A stretch of 41,675 nucleotides of DNA from Planctomycetota bacterium (GCA_044225365.1 JBGAIQ010000049.1:1-41675); one strand, 5' to 3'. Positions 8,218-18,884 are shown, counted from the first letter of the stretch. Numbers and translations are program-made. The notes: generated from the sequence alone by a model not told the origin.

Positions 8218-9134
8218 CGCGACACCGCCTCGGCGAGTTCGACGTATCCAGCGTCCGCGAGTTCACCACCCATCGCGAGCTGCTTCATGAACTGGATCCA
8301 ACGCGGATCCGTCTCGGCGAAGATCCGCGGCTTCGAGTCGACCTTCTCGCGCAGGAAGGCGCGCACCGAGTCCGGCATGGATTGCCCGATTCGGGCATAG
8401 ATCTGCTCCATCGTGATCTCCGGAGCGCGCACGAATTCCTCGTGGCGGATCTCGAAGTAACGCTCCGGCCCGAGAATCTTCACGCCGTCGTCGTGCGTCG
8501 AGCGGAAATGATGCTTCCACGTCCCGAGCAATTTCGCGGCGTGCGGCGCGGTCCGCTCGAGGGGCAGCTCTTTGCGATCGATCATCAGGTTCGCGATCTG
8601 CAGACCCTGATTCCGCTTCACGTCGCCGCCGAACGTGAAGAAGTCGTCCGCGGTCTTGAACTGGTCCTTGTTCTTCTGACCCTTGCCGAACAGGAACGAC
8701 GTCACGACGGCGCGCGGATCGCGCACGATGTGCACGACGAACGCTTTGGGGAACGCCACGATGAGTGCGGGCAGCTTGCGCCAGGCCCGAACGAACTTCA
8801 GCACCGTGAACTCGCGTTGCGCGCACATGAAGCGGATGTAGCCGAGCACCTCGGGCGAGAACTCCCGCTCGAGTTCGAGCGAGGCATCGCGCGGCGCGCC
8901 GAAGTTGAGCAGGGTGAGATCGGAGAGGCCGATCGTCTCGCCATAGCGCTTCCGCACGTCGCGGATCTTCTCGTAGAAGTCGACCTCGCTGACCTTGCTG
9001 CCGCCGCCAACGGCAGGTCGCGTCGCTTCCGCGAGAGGCTCGTAATACCCATCGAATCGGGGATCGGACAACAGCACGTCGTAGAGGAACGTCGTGCCCG
9101 AGCGACGCAGGCCCTGAATGAAGAGATCGACCAA
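8214..9134 (-). CDS. PAPS-dependent sulfotransferase (paralogue)
   Basis: GLRRSGTT, IVRDPRAVVTS and IRHEEFVRAP. 4-bp overlap with the downstream paralogue. TTG start. Confidence 0.88.
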   Translation of the reverse strand: MVDLFIQGLRRSGTTFLYDVLLSDPRFDGYYEPLAEATRPAVGGGSKVSEVDFYEKIRDVRKRYGETIGLSDLTLLNFGAPRDASLELEREFSPEVLGYIRFMCAQREFTVLKFVRAWRKLPALIVAFPKAFVVHIVRDPRAVVTSFLFGKGQKNKDQFKTADDFFTFGGDVKRNQGLQIANLMIDRKELPLERTAPHAAKLLGTWKHHFRSTHDDGVKILGPERYFEIRHEEFVRAPEITMEQIYARIGQSMPDSVRAFLREKVDSKPRIFAETDPRWIQFMKQLAMGGELADAGYVELAEAVSR

Positions 9135-9429
9135 GGATCGCGAACTCCGAGTGGGATCGAATCGCGCAGTCTATCGCCGCAGGGAAGCGAAACCAACCGC
9201 GAGTGGGCGCGGTGTGCCAGCGCCCGACCGGCGCACGCTCCATTCGCCCGATCGCAGCGTCGAAGTCCATTTCATCGCACGGCCCAATCTGCGTCTCGAG
9301 CGTTCGTTGCGCTCGAACCGCGGGCTCGAGACTCGACCGCGCACTTTTCGTCCGTCACGACGCGCGGACCGCGACGTGTTGGGAGCGAAGTCCACGTCCC
9401 CCACCGTGATCCCCGTTTGGAGCGCCCGC

Positions 9430-9834
9430 ATGAACCTCGCGGCCCTGTCCGATTTGAAGCGCCAGATGATGACCGCGCCCGACTACGCCGCCGTGATGCA
9501 TACCTTCATGGACGTCTTCGGCGAGGAGGACGAGTTCTTCTCGCTCGGCCGGCGCACTCGCGAACCCCTCCTCGAACAGGTGATGAAGCTCGCCGCCGAA
9601 CAGGCGCTCGCGCGGCCCGTCACGCTGCGGCGCGTCACGCTGATCGAGATTCCCGAGCACGCCTTCGTGCACGGCGCGCTCAACGTCAACGACTCGATGG
9701 CGATGGTCCTGTTCTTCCGCGACGTCTTCACCGGCGTGATGTCGATCGCGAATCCGTTCGTCTCGGACAACGTCCAGTTCATCCGCTTCGGCGGCAAGAT
9801 CCTGCCCATGCGGCCGGTCGGCGAACGCAACTGA
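9430..9834 (+). CDS. Hypothetical protein (~134 aa)
   Basis: From ATG 9430 the ORF reads as a globular protein with strong GC3 bias (FMDVFGEEDEFFSLG, HAFVHG). The upstream extension to 9118 looks non-coding. Confidence 0.7.
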   Translation: MNLAALSDLKRQMMTAPDYAAVMHTFMDVFGEEDEFFSLGRRTREPLLEQVMKLAAEQALARPVTLRRVTLIEIPEHAFVHGALNVNDSMAMVLFFRDVFTGVMSIANPFVSDNVQFIRFGGKILPMRPVGERN

Positions 9835-9866
9835 CGACCAATGGGCGACGGGCAGGCGTCGGGCCG

Positions 9867-10598
9867 TCACGGCGTCCGTGCACGCGCGACGCCCTCGAGC
9901 ACGCGCCACACGTTGTCGGCGAGGATCTTCTGACCCCCTGCCGTGGGATGGATGTGATCGGCCTGATTCAGAGCGGGGTCGGCAGCGACGCCCTCCAACA
10001 GGAACGGCACGAGGTCGGCGCCATGCTCCTTCGCAACCTTCGGAAAGACGGCGGCGAAGGCGTCGCAGTAGTCCTTGCCCATCGACGGCTGCGCCTGCAT
10101 CCCGGCGATGACGACCCTGCAGTTCGGCTCCTTGGCCCGCAGCTTCTCGATCATCGCGACCAGGTTCCGTTCGACGACTGCGACCGACACGCCGCGCAAT
10201 GCGTCGTTGCCGCCGAGCGCGAGGATCGCGATGTCGACGCGTCGCTTCAGGTACCAGTCGAGCGCGGTGACGCCGCCGCTCGTCGTTCGACCGCTCTCGC
10301 CGCCGTTCACCACCTCGAAGTCGAGGCCCGCCGCATCGAGGCGCCGCTGGAGGAGCGCGGGATACGCTTCCTCCTTGCCGTTCTCGAGGCCGAAGCCCGC
10401 CGTGAGACTGTCACCGACGACCAGGATCACGCGCCGGGTCGACGGCGTTTCGGCGGCGGGTCGTTCTGTCATTCGTTTCTCGTCGGACGTACCATCGCCC
10501 TTCCCGCAACCCGAGAGACCGCCGGCAACGAATGACGAAACGAGAAGAGCCAGGCCGACACACAGCGATCGCGGACTCCGATGGGAGGAGCCGCGCAC
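9867..10598 (-). CDS. tesA: SGNH/GDSL arylesterase / acyl-CoA thioesterase I, probable lipoprotein
   Basis: Blocks GDSLTAG, NGGESG, LGGNDALRG and DHIHP, with lipobox LSGC. Divergent from ybbA-ybbP as in the classic locus. Start uncertain (GTG 10598 chosen). Confidence 0.88.
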   Translation of the reverse strand: MRGSSHRSPRSLCVGLALLVSSFVAGGLSGCGKGDGTSDEKRMTERPAAETPSTRRVILVVGDSLTAGFGLENGKEEAYPALLQRRLDAAGLDFEVVNGGESGRTTSGGVTALDWYLKRRVDIAILALGGNDALRGVSVAVVERNLVAMIEKLRAKEPNCRVVIAGMQAQPSMGKDYCDAFAAVFPKVAKEHGADLVPFLLEGVAADPALNQADHIHPTAGGQKILADNVWRVLEGVARARTP

Positions 10599-10638
10599 GG
10601 TGGGAACGTGTGACGCTGGACCGGGAAACGACTCGGGT

Positions 10639-11367
10639 ATGACCAAGGAATCCATCCTCGTCGCAGAGCGACTCACGAGATCCTACAACAGCGGCGACCG
10701 CTCGTTGACGGTGCTGCGAGACGTGAACTTTCGAATCGAGGGCGGCGAGAGCGTCTCGATCGTCGGCCCTTCTGGAAGCGGGAAGTCGACCCTCCTCGCG
10801 CTCTGTGCGGGCCTCGATCTGCCGACGAGCGGCGAGACCACGCTGCTCGGCCATCGCTTGTCCGAACTCGACGAGGATGCGAGGGCCGACCTGCGACTCA
10901 CCGGAGTCGGGTTCATCTTCCAGAGCTTTCGACTGATCCCGACATTGACGGCGCTCGAGAACACCATGCTGCCGAGCGAATTGCTCGGGGGATCGGCGCG
11001 ACAGAAGGCTGCGAACGCCAGGGAGAAGGCGATGGCGCTCCTCGCAGCGGTAGAGCTGACCGATCGCGTCGGTCACTATCCGGCGGAGCTCTCCGGGGGT
11101 GAGCAACAACGCGTCGCGATCGCGCGCGCGTTCATGAACGATCCGCGCATCCTCTTCGCCGACGAGCCGACGGGCAACCTCGATACCAAGACGGGCTGCC
11201 TCGTCATCGAGCATCTCTTCGCGTTGAATCGCGACCATGGCACGACGCTGATCCTCGTCACTCACGACGAAGCACTCGCGAGGCGTACCGATCGCATCCT
11301 CACATTGCACGGCGGAGAACTCGTCTCCGACGCACGTCGCGCCGACGCGTCGCGAGGTAGCTCCTGA
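10639..11367 (+). CDS. ybbA: ABC transporter ATP-binding protein (YbbA/LolD-like)
   Basis: Walker A GPSGSGKST, LSGGEQQRVAIAR, FADEPTGNLD and VTHD. Synteny with tesA and ybbP. Confidence 0.9.
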   Translation: MTKESILVAERLTRSYNSGDRSLTVLRDVNFRIEGGESVSIVGPSGSGKSTLLALCAGLDLPTSGETTLLGHRLSELDEDARADLRLTGVGFIFQSFRLIPTLTALENTMLPSELLGGSARQKAANAREKAMALLAAVELTDRVGHYPAELSGGEQQRVAIARAFMNDPRILFADEPTGNLDTKTGCLVIEHLFALNRDHGTTLILVTHDEALARRTDRILTLHGGELVSDARRADASRGSS

Positions 11368-11369
11368 GC

Positions 11370-13937
11370 ATGTTCCTGCGGCACCTCTTCTCGCGCTTCT
11401 CCTTCACGATGGCGCGCCGCGATGCGCGTCGCTCGCTGCTGCGGCTCCTCGCGAGCGGCGCGACGATCGCGCTCGGGATCGCCGTCCTGGTATCCGTCGG
11501 TTCCCTCTCGGAAGAGGTCTCGGACTCCGTCCATCGCGAATCGAAGGCGCTGCTCGGCGCGGATCTTTCGATCCGAGCGCGCACCGCGTTCTCCGACGAG
11601 GTGGAAGCCAAGTTCAGCGAGATCCTGTCCCACACGGATCGCAGCCTCTCGAAGCAGATCTCGCTCGCGACCGTGGCGTCCTTCCAGAAGGGTCAAGCGG
11701 TGCGCCTCTGTCGCGTGCGCGCGATCGACGGCGAGTATCCGTTCTACGGCGAGATCGACACGGAGCCCAAATCCGCGGCGAGCGCCTTCGCCCGCGGCGA
11801 GGGCGCGCTCGTGGAGACTTCGCTGCTCGAGTTCGGAAAAGTGGCGATCGGCGACACGATCAAGATCGGCACGCGCGAGATCCCGATCGTCGGCGCTCTG
11901 CTCAAGATCCCCGGCGAGTCCGCGACGGCGGCGCTCCTCGGCGCACGCGTCTACATCCCGCTCTCGATGCTCGACTCCTCGCTGCTCGCGCGCGGCAGCA
12001 GCGTCGACTACGCGGCGTTCTTCCGCCTCGGACCGCGCGACGACGCCGATGCGATCGAGAACGCTCTCCGGCCGTTCACATCGACGCGCGATCTGCGCGT
12101 CGAGACCGCCCGTTCCGTGGAAGCGAGTTGGTCGCGCGCATCGGACCGACTCCACGACTTCCTCCACCTCGCAGCGCTCGCGGCGCTCCTTCTCGGTGGC
12201 CTCGGAGTGGGCTCCGCGATGCAGCTCCACGCGCGGCGCAAGCGCGAGATCGTCGCGACGATGCGCTGCCTCGGCGCGTCGTCCGACCGTGCCTTCGCCG
12301 TCTTCGCGCTCCAGGCCATCCTGCTCGGTGCCTTCGGAACGCTGATCGGCGCGCTCCTTGGAATCGGCGTCCATCTGGCGTTGCCGAAGCTGTTCAACGA
12401 CTTCCTGCCCGTACAGCTCGAGGGCAAGCTGTCGCTCGTGGCGATCGCCACCGGGTGCACCGTGGGCATCCTCTTCGCGCTCATCGCTGCCGCGTGGCCG
12501 CTCCTCGCCTTGCGCTCCATCCCGCCGCTCCTCGCCCTCCGCCCCGGTTTCGAGTCGCAGGCGAAGTCGCGCACGCGACGCCGCGCTACCAGCGTCGGGT
12601 TCTTCCTCCTCTTGTTGCTCGTGATCGCCGGATTCTCGATCCTCGAGACCGGACGCATTCGCGAATCGCTGTACTACGCCGCCGCGCTCGGAATCGTATT
12701 CCTCTGCCTCGGAGTCGCCGGCCGGGTCGTCGTGCTGCTCGCACGCTCGATCGCTCGCCTCGCACTGCCGTTCTCGTGGCGCTTCGCGATCGCGAGCCTG
12801 CAGCGACCCGACAATCAGACTCCGGTGCTCCTTCTCACCTTGGGGCTCGGAGCGTTCCTGCTCGCAACGATCGACCAGACCGAAGCGCAGCTCTACTCGA
12901 CGATCGACCGCGCGACCTCGGGGGTCCAACCGAATCTCGTTCTGTTCGACGTCCAGAGCGACCAGGCCGACGACGTTCGCGCGATCCTGAAGAACCACGA
13001 TGCTCCGTTGCTCGACGACGTGCCCGTGATCACGATGCGAATCGCCAAGCTGAAAGGACGCACCGTCGCCGAGATGCGGCAGAAGAACACGCCGATGAAC
13101 TCGCCGTGGGCGCTCAGTCGCGAGTATCGCTCGACGGTGCGCGATCATCTCGCCGACACGGAGGAAACGGTCGAGGGCGAATGGAAACCCGCGACCGCTG
13201 CGAGTCATGACCCGGCGACGCCGGCGCCGATCTCGCTCGAGAAGGACATCGCGCTGAGGCTCGACGTCGGCGTGGGCGATTCGATCACGTGGGACGTGGC
13301 GGGAGTACCCGTCGAGACGACGGTGGCTCATCTGCGCCGCGTCGATTGGCAGCGATTGCGCCCCAATTTCTTCGCGGTCTTCCCGCCCGGGGTCCTCGAC
13401 GACGCGCCGCAATTCCGAATCCTGTCGACCCGCGTCGACGATCCGAATCAGCTCGGAGTCGTCCAACGCGAGATCGCCAACGCCCATCCCGGGATCTCCG
13501 CCATCGACGTTCGACTCATCCTCGAAGTGGCGAACCAACTGCTCGATCGCATCGGGCTCGTCTTGCGCGCGATGGGCTGGGTCTGCATCGCCGCAGGCGG
13601 CCTCGTGCTGCTCGGCGCGTGGCTCGGAACGCGCCGTGAGCGCATCGCCGAGAGCGCGCTCCTTCGCTCGTTGGGCGCCCGCTCCGCACTCGTACGCAAG
13701 ATGTCCGCCATCGAGGCCGGCGCGATCGGGATCTTCGCGACCATCGCCGGCTCGTCCCTCGCCGTGCTCGCCGCCTATGCGCTCGCTCGCTATCGATTCG
13801 AGGTCCCGTTCGAACTCGCCGCGGGTCGCCTGGCGATGCTCACGCTCGGGATCGCCCTCTACGGACTCGTCATCGCGATGCTCGCCGGCCGCGGAATCCA
13901 CGACGCCCCGCCGCTCGAAGTCCTGCGCGAGGAATGA
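11370..13937 (+). CDS. ybbP: FtsX/MacB-type ABC permease (YbbP-like)
   Basis: 855 aa with LLGADL, DGEYPFYG, ATMRCLGAS, PNLVLFDVQSDQ, RRVDWQRLRPNFF and ALLRSLGA. Two TM clusters. Confidence 0.88.
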   Translation: MFLRHLFSRFSFTMARRDARRSLLRLLASGATIALGIAVLVSVGSLSEEVSDSVHRESKALLGADLSIRARTAFSDEVEAKFSEILSHTDRSLSKQISLATVASFQKGQAVRLCRVRAIDGEYPFYGEIDTEPKSAASAFARGEGALVETSLLEFGKVAIGDTIKIGTREIPIVGALLKIPGESATAALLGARVYIPLSMLDSSLLARGSSVDYAAFFRLGPRDDADAIENALRPFTSTRDLRVETARSVEASWSRASDRLHDFLHLAALAALLLGGLGVGSAMQLHARRKREIVATMRCLGASSDRAFAVFALQAILLGAFGTLIGALLGIGVHLALPKLFNDFLPVQLEGKLSLVAIATGCTVGILFALIAAAWPLLALRSIPPLLALRPGFESQAKSRTRRRATSVGFFLLLLLVIAGFSILETGRIRESLYYAAALGIVFLCLGVAGRVVVLLARSIARLALPFSWRFAIASLQRPDNQTPVLLLTLGLGAFLLATIDQTEAQLYSTIDRATSGVQPNLVLFDVQSDQADDVRAILKNHDAPLLDDVPVITMRIAKLKGRTVAEMRQKNTPMNSPWALSREYRSTVRDHLADTEETVEGEWKPATAASHDPATPAPISLEKDIALRLDVGVGDSITWDVAGVPVETTVAHLRRVDWQRLRPNFFAVFPPGVLDDAPQFRILSTRVDDPNQLGVVQREIANAHPGISAIDVRLILEVANQLLDRIGLVLRAMGWVCIAAGGLVLLGAWLGTRRERIAESALLRSLGARSALVRKMSAIEAGAIGIFATIAGSSLAVLAAYALARYRFEVPFELAAGRLAMLTLGIALYGLVIAMLAGRGIHDAPPLEVLREE

Positions 13938-14021
13938 GGCCTCGCGAATCGCGAATTCGGTTCGAGTGCACGTTCCCGGTATTACGATAGTTCGAAGCGC
14001 AAGGTTGCCGGAGGAACGATC

Positions 14022-15167
14022 GTGAACAATCCGCTCTCTCGTTTGAACGATCTCGGCCAGAGCATCTGGTACGACTACATCCGTCGCGATCTCTTCACCA
14101 GCGGCGATCTCGCGAAGATGATCCGCGAGGACAAGCTCGCAGGAATGACGAGCAACCCGACGATCTTCGCGGGGGCGATCGCGAAGAGCACGCTCTACGA
14201 CGCCGACATCGCGGCGGCGGCGAAGGCGAATCCGAACGTGTCGAACGAGGATTTGTTCGAAGGCATCGCCGTCGCCGAGATCCGCCGAGCGTGTGATGAA
14301 TTCATGCCGGTCTTCACGGGCACGAAGGGCCGCGACGGTTACGTCTCGATCGAAGTGTCGCCGCGCCTCGCGCGAGACACGAACGGCACGATCCGCGAAG
14401 GCATGCGCCTTTGGAAGGCCGTCGACCGCAAGAACTGCATGATCAAGATCCCCGGTACGAAGGAAGGCCTGCCCGCAATCGAGGCCTGCCTGCTCGAGGG
14501 CATCAACATCAACGTGACGCTGCTCTTCGGCATCCCGCGCTATCGCGAGGTGATGGCGGCGTGGTTCTCCGCGCTCGAGAAGCGAATGGCGGCGGGCAAG
14601 CCGATCGACCACGTCGCGTCCGTTGCGAGCTTCTTCGTGAGTCGCGTCGACACCAACACCGACGCCGCGATCGACTTGAAGGCGAAAACGTTGTCCGGCG
14701 ATGCGAAGATCGAACTCGAAGCACTGAAGTCGAAGGTCGCGATCGCCAACGCCCGCCTCGCCTACGTGGCGTGGGAGGAGATGATCGCGAAGAGTTCGCG
14801 CTTCGCAGCGCTGAAGGCGAAGGGTGCAATGCCGCAACGCCCGCTCTGGGCCTCGACCTCGACGAAGGATCCGAAACTGTCCGACGTCCTGTACATCGAA
14901 ACGCTGATCGGCAAGGACACCGTGAACACGGTGCCGCCACAGACCTACTCGGCATATCGCGACCACGGCGATCCGCGTGTGCGGATCGGTGACGACCTTG
15001 CCGGCGCGAAGGCGGCTTTTGCGCGCCTGAAGGCCTCGGGAATCGACTTCGACCGGATCGCGCAGGATCTCGAGGACGACGGCGTGAAGAAGTTCGCGCA
15101 ATCGTTCGACGAACTGATGGCGAGCATCGCCACGAAGCGCGCACAGGTCTCGGCCTCCCGCACTTGA
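14022..15167 (+). CDS. tal: Transaldolase
   Basis: GQSIWYD, GMTSNPTIF, GYVSIEVSP, MIKIPGT (Schiff-base Lys), SVASFFVSRVD and QRPLWASTSTK. Confidence 0.95.
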   Translation: MNNPLSRLNDLGQSIWYDYIRRDLFTSGDLAKMIREDKLAGMTSNPTIFAGAIAKSTLYDADIAAAAKANPNVSNEDLFEGIAVAEIRRACDEFMPVFTGTKGRDGYVSIEVSPRLARDTNGTIREGMRLWKAVDRKNCMIKIPGTKEGLPAIEACLLEGININVTLLFGIPRYREVMAAWFSALEKRMAAGKPIDHVASVASFFVSRVDTNTDAAIDLKAKTLSGDAKIELEALKSKVAIANARLAYVAWEEMIAKSSRFAALKAKGAMPQRPLWASTSTKDPKLSDVLYIETLIGKDTVNTVPPQTYSAYRDHGDPRVRIGDDLAGAKAAFARLKASGIDFDRIAQDLEDDGVKKFAQSFDELMASIATKRAQVSASRT

Positions 15168-15251
15168 GGCCGAAGCCCCGAAAGACCGATGAAATCCCGA
15201 TGGTGCGGATCCACCGCGCCCGCCTCGCGATTCGAACCAAGGTAGTGATCC

Positions 15252-16682
15252 ATGGGTAGCAGCAGGGAAGCCGCTTTCGGCGTCATCGGTCTCGGTGTGA
15301 TGGGACGCAACCTCGCGCTCAACATCGAAGAGCACGACTTCTCGGTCGCGGTGTGGAACCTCGAGAAGGAGGCCACGCAAGCGTTCGTGAAGGACAACGC
15401 CGGCAAGCGATTCACCGCGACCTACGAGCTGGACGACTTCGTGAATTCCCTCGAGCGTCCGCGCCGCATCCTGATGATGATCAAGGCTGGCGATCCCGTC
15501 GACCAGATGCTCGCCAAGTTGAAGCCCATGCTCGAGAAGGGTGACATCGTCATCGACGGTGGGAACAGTTGGTTCCTCGACACCCGGCGCCGCGAGGCGG
15601 ACTATGCCGCCGCGGGACTCAACTTCGTCGGAATGGGTGTCTCCGGCGGCGAGGAGGGCGCGCGTCACGGCCCATCGCTGATGCCGGGCGGTACGAAGGA
15701 AGCCTGGGAGCGCCTGAAGCCGATCCTCCAAGCGATCGCGGCGAAGACCGATTCGGGTCCGTGCGTCACGCACTGCGGCCCCGATGGCGCGGGGCACTTC
15801 GTGAAGATGGTGCACAACGGCATCGAGTACGGCGACATGCAGCTCATCGCCGAGGTGTACGACGTCCTCCATCGCGGATGCGGGATGGACGTCGATCAAC
15901 TCGCCGACCTCTTTGCGGCCTGGAACAAGACCGAGCTCGAGAGCTTCCTCGTCGAGATCACGGCGACGATCTTCAAGAAGCGTGACGAGAAGACGGGCCG
16001 TCCGCTCGTCGACGTCGTGCTCGATTCCGCGGGTCAGAAGGGAACGGGTCGCCTCACGGTGACGCTCGCCCTCGACCTCGGCGTCGCGGTGCCGACGATC
16101 GCGGCTGCGGTGGATGCCCGCGTACTTTCGTCGCTCGTCGAACTGCGTCGTTCCGGCGCGGGAGTCTTCGGCGCGCGCACCGAGCCGAAGAAGCCCAGCG
16201 GAAACGAAGTGCAGAAGATCACGACCGCGGCGCGCGAAGCATTGTTGCTCGGTCGCATCTGCTCGTACGCGCAGGGACTCCATCTCATCCAGGCCGGATC
16301 CGATGAGTACAAATGGGGCATCGACCTCCAGGAGATGGCGCGCATCTGGAAGGGCGGGTGCATCATCCGCTCGGCGCTGCTCGATCTCATCCGTCGCGCC
16401 TACGACGGTCCGAAGCCCGCGCATCTGCTCCTCGCCGCCGAAGTGCGCACGATCGCGGCGCGATCGCAGGGCGCGCTTCGCGAGTTCGTGACGCGGGCGG
16501 CGCAGCTCGAGATCCCGACGCCGGCATTGTCCGCAAGCCTTTCGTACTTCGATGCGCTGAAGAGCGCACAGCTCCCGCAGAACCTCACGCAGGCGCAGCG
16601 CGACGCCTTCGGCGCGCACACCTATGTCCGGACCGACGATCCGACCGGCAAGGCCGTCCACAGCGAGTGGCTGCACACCTGA
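15252..16682 (+). CDS. gndA: 6-phosphogluconate dehydrogenase, decarboxylating (long form)
   Basis: GVIGLGVMG, IDGGNS, GVSGGEEGA, GHFVKMVHNGIEYGDMQ, GQKGTG and QAQRDAFGAHTY. Confidence 0.95.
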   Translation: MGSSREAAFGVIGLGVMGRNLALNIEEHDFSVAVWNLEKEATQAFVKDNAGKRFTATYELDDFVNSLERPRRILMMIKAGDPVDQMLAKLKPMLEKGDIVIDGGNSWFLDTRRREADYAAAGLNFVGMGVSGGEEGARHGPSLMPGGTKEAWERLKPILQAIAAKTDSGPCVTHCGPDGAGHFVKMVHNGIEYGDMQLIAEVYDVLHRGCGMDVDQLADLFAAWNKTELESFLVEITATIFKKRDEKTGRPLVDVVLDSAGQKGTGRLTVTLALDLGVAVPTIAAAVDARVLSSLVELRRSGAGVFGARTEPKKPSGNEVQKITTAAREALLLGRICSYAQGLHLIQAGSDEYKWGIDLQEMARIWKGGCIIRSALLDLIRRAYDGPKPAHLLLAAEVRTIAARSQGALREFVTRAAQLEIPTPALSASLSYFDALKSAQLPQNLTQAQRDAFGAHTYVRTDDPTGKAVHSEWLHT

Positions 16683-16765
16683 GCCCGGTCGTCTCGATTC
16701 GCCGGACGCGATGAATTCGAACAAAGCGCGAAGGATCGCGCGACTTCGCGGCACTATGTCCCGCG

Positions 16766-17515
16766 ATGACCGCCCTACTCGAAGTCGAAGACCTCTCGTT
16801 CGCGTTCGGTGACCGCCAAGCGGTCGCCGGCGTGAGTTTCCAAGTCGCCGCGGGTGAGATCTTTGGATTGCTCGGCCCGAACGGCGCGGGCAAGACGACG
16901 TCGATCTCCTGCATCGTCGGCCTGCTCTCGCCGAGCAGCGGCGAAGTCCGGCTCGGCGGCACCGCATTCCACCCCCGCCGCAACCCGAGCGATCGCGCGC
17001 GGGTCGGTCTCGTTCCGCAGGAACTCGCGGTCTACGACGCGATGACGGCCCGCGAGAACCTCGAGTTCTTCGGGAAGATGTTCGGCGTCGAGCCGCGACG
17101 ACTCGGGGATGCCTGCGAGCGAGCGCTCCGCATCGCGGGCCTGTCCGACCGAGCAAACGATCGGGTCTCGGAGTACTCGGGGGGCATGAAGCGAAGACTC
17201 AATCTCGCGATCGGCGAACTGCACGAACCCGAACTCCTCGTGCTCGACGAGCCGACCGTGGGCGTCGATCCGCAGTCGCGCAACCACGTCTTCGATGCGC
17301 TGGAAAAGCTGCGCGACGAGGGCCGCACGATCGTCTACACGACCCACTACATGGAAGAAGCCGAGCGTCTGTGCGCGCGGGTCGCGATCCTCGACGACGG
17401 CAAGATCCTCGATTGTGGGTCGCCTGCAGACCTCGCAGCGAGGGCTGGAATCCCGGGCGCGAACCTCGAACAAGTGTTCTTGAAGCTCACCGGCAAGAGG
17501 CTGCGCGACGCATGA
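16766..17515 (+). CDS. ABC-2 type exporter ATP-binding subunit
   Basis: GPNGAGKTT, YSGGMKRRLN, LDEPTVGVDPQSR and TTHYMEEAERLC. Confidence 0.93.
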   Translation: MTALLEVEDLSFAFGDRQAVAGVSFQVAAGEIFGLLGPNGAGKTTSISCIVGLLSPSSGEVRLGGTAFHPRRNPSDRARVGLVPQELAVYDAMTARENLEFFGKMFGVEPRRLGDACERALRIAGLSDRANDRVSEYSGGMKRRLNLAIGELHEPELLVLDEPTVGVDPQSRNHVFDALEKLRDEGRTIVYTTHYMEEAERLCARVAILDDGKILDCGSPADLAARAGIPGANLEQVFLKLTGKRLRDA

Positions 17516-18882
17516 CCACTCTCAACGTTCTCTCCGCCGCTCTCGTCGTCGCGAAGAAGGATCTGATGCTGAGCTTCCGTGATCGCACGGGAGTCGCGCT
17601 CGGTTTCGGCCTTCCTGTCATCCTCGTCCTCGTCTTCGGGTTCATCTACAAGATGACGTTCGGGGCCCCGGGCGGGATGGTGCGCACGCAGCTCTATTTC
17701 GCCGATCTCGACAAGACGAAGGCGAGCGAGGAATTCGTGAAGACGCTGCGAGGAAGCAGCATGATCTCCTTGCATCCCGACCTCGACGAGTCGGAAGTGA
17801 CGCGCGAGGATCTGAAGAAGAAGGTCGAGGACGGCGACGCGCATCATGCGCTGATCCTCGAGCCCGGGTTCGGGCGCAGCCTCGAGGAAGGGAAGCTGCC
17901 GAAGTTGACCGTGATCCGCGATCCGCGACGGGAACTCGAGTCCCAGATGGTCTCGATCGGAATCATGCAGGCGATGATGTCGACCGGCGGCGCGAACCTC
18001 GCGCCCGCGCTCACCACGCAGGCGATGATTCGTTCGGGGCTGCCGGAGAGCTACGCCGAACGGATGACGTCGCTCGCCCGAGGCTTCTCAGGCGCGATCG
18101 GGACCCTGTTCATGGAGTCGAGCGCGGAGAAGCTGACGGCGCAGGAGAGCGGCAAGAGCAAACAAGCCGCGGACGACGCGCCGAAGCTCGACATGAGTGC
18201 GGCCTTCACCAACCTCATTCCGGTCGACAACGTCGACATCCAGCCGCCCGCGCAGTCGCAGACGCTGACCTACATGCTGTCGCAGAGCCTCTCCGGCATC
18301 GCCCAGATGATGCTGATGTTCGGGCTCGTCGCGTGCGGAACACTCCTGCTCCAGGAACGGGACTCGGGAACGCTGCGAAGGCTGCTCCTCGCGCCGGTGT
18401 CGTCCAGCAGTCTCCTGCTCGGCAAGCTGCTGTTCATGGCCGCGATGGGCGCGATGCAACTTGCGGTGTTGTTCGTCGTCGGCGCCATCGTGTTCAAGGT
18501 GAACGTCATGCGCGATCCCGTGACGCTCGTCGTCCTTTCGCTCGTCCTCATCTTCGCGATCACGTCCTTCGGAATCCTCATCGCGACCCTGGCGCGCTCG
18601 GCAAAGCAGGCCGAGGGGTTGTCGACCTTGCTGATCCTCCTGATGTCCGCACTCGGCGGCGCGTGGTTTCCCCTCGCGAACTTCGATCTTCCCCTCGCCG
18701 GACAGATCGCGACGCGCTGCACGCTGACCTTCTGGGCGATGGACTCGCTCCAGGGGATGTTCTACTCGGGCAAGAACCTCGCCGACCCAGCGATGCTGCG
18801 GGACATCGCGGTCCTCATGGGCTTCGGCATCGTCGCCTGCGTCATCTCCGCGCGGGCCTTCCGCGCTCGCTTCGCCTCCTGA
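17512..18882 (+). CDS. ABC-2 type exporter permease
   Basis: ATGA overlap with the ATPase gene. N-terminal TM, large extracytoplasmic loop, ERDSGTLRRLLLAP, LGGAWFP and several C-terminal TMs. Confidence 0.9.
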   Translation: MTTLNVLSAALVVAKKDLMLSFRDRTGVALGFGLPVILVLVFGFIYKMTFGAPGGMVRTQLYFADLDKTKASEEFVKTLRGSSMISLHPDLDESEVTREDLKKKVEDGDAHHALILEPGFGRSLEEGKLPKLTVIRDPRRELESQMVSIGIMQAMMSTGGANLAPALTTQAMIRSGLPESYAERMTSLARGFSGAIGTLFMESSAEKLTAQESGKSKQAADDAPKLDMSAAFTNLIPVDNVDIQPPAQSQTLTYMLSQSLSGIAQMMLMFGLVACGTLLLQERDSGTLRRLLLAPVSSSSLLLGKLLFMAAMGAMQLAVLFVVGAIVFKVNVMRDPVTLVVLSLVLIFAITSFGILIATLARSAKQAEGLSTLLILLMSALGGAWFPLANFDLPLAGQIATRCTLTFWAMDSLQGMFYSGKNLADPAMLRDIAVLMGFGIVACVISARAFRARFAS

Positions 18883-18884
18883 AA

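Noticed and set aside
11262-17156. 1964-aa minus-strand ORF and other long antisense ORFs (1681-3156, 8382-10535, 22436-23971, 24763-26367, 34808-36391, 38720-41653)
   Set aside because: Shadow frames of well-supported genes on the opposite strand. High-GC codon bias suppresses stops, and the translations have no domain motifs.
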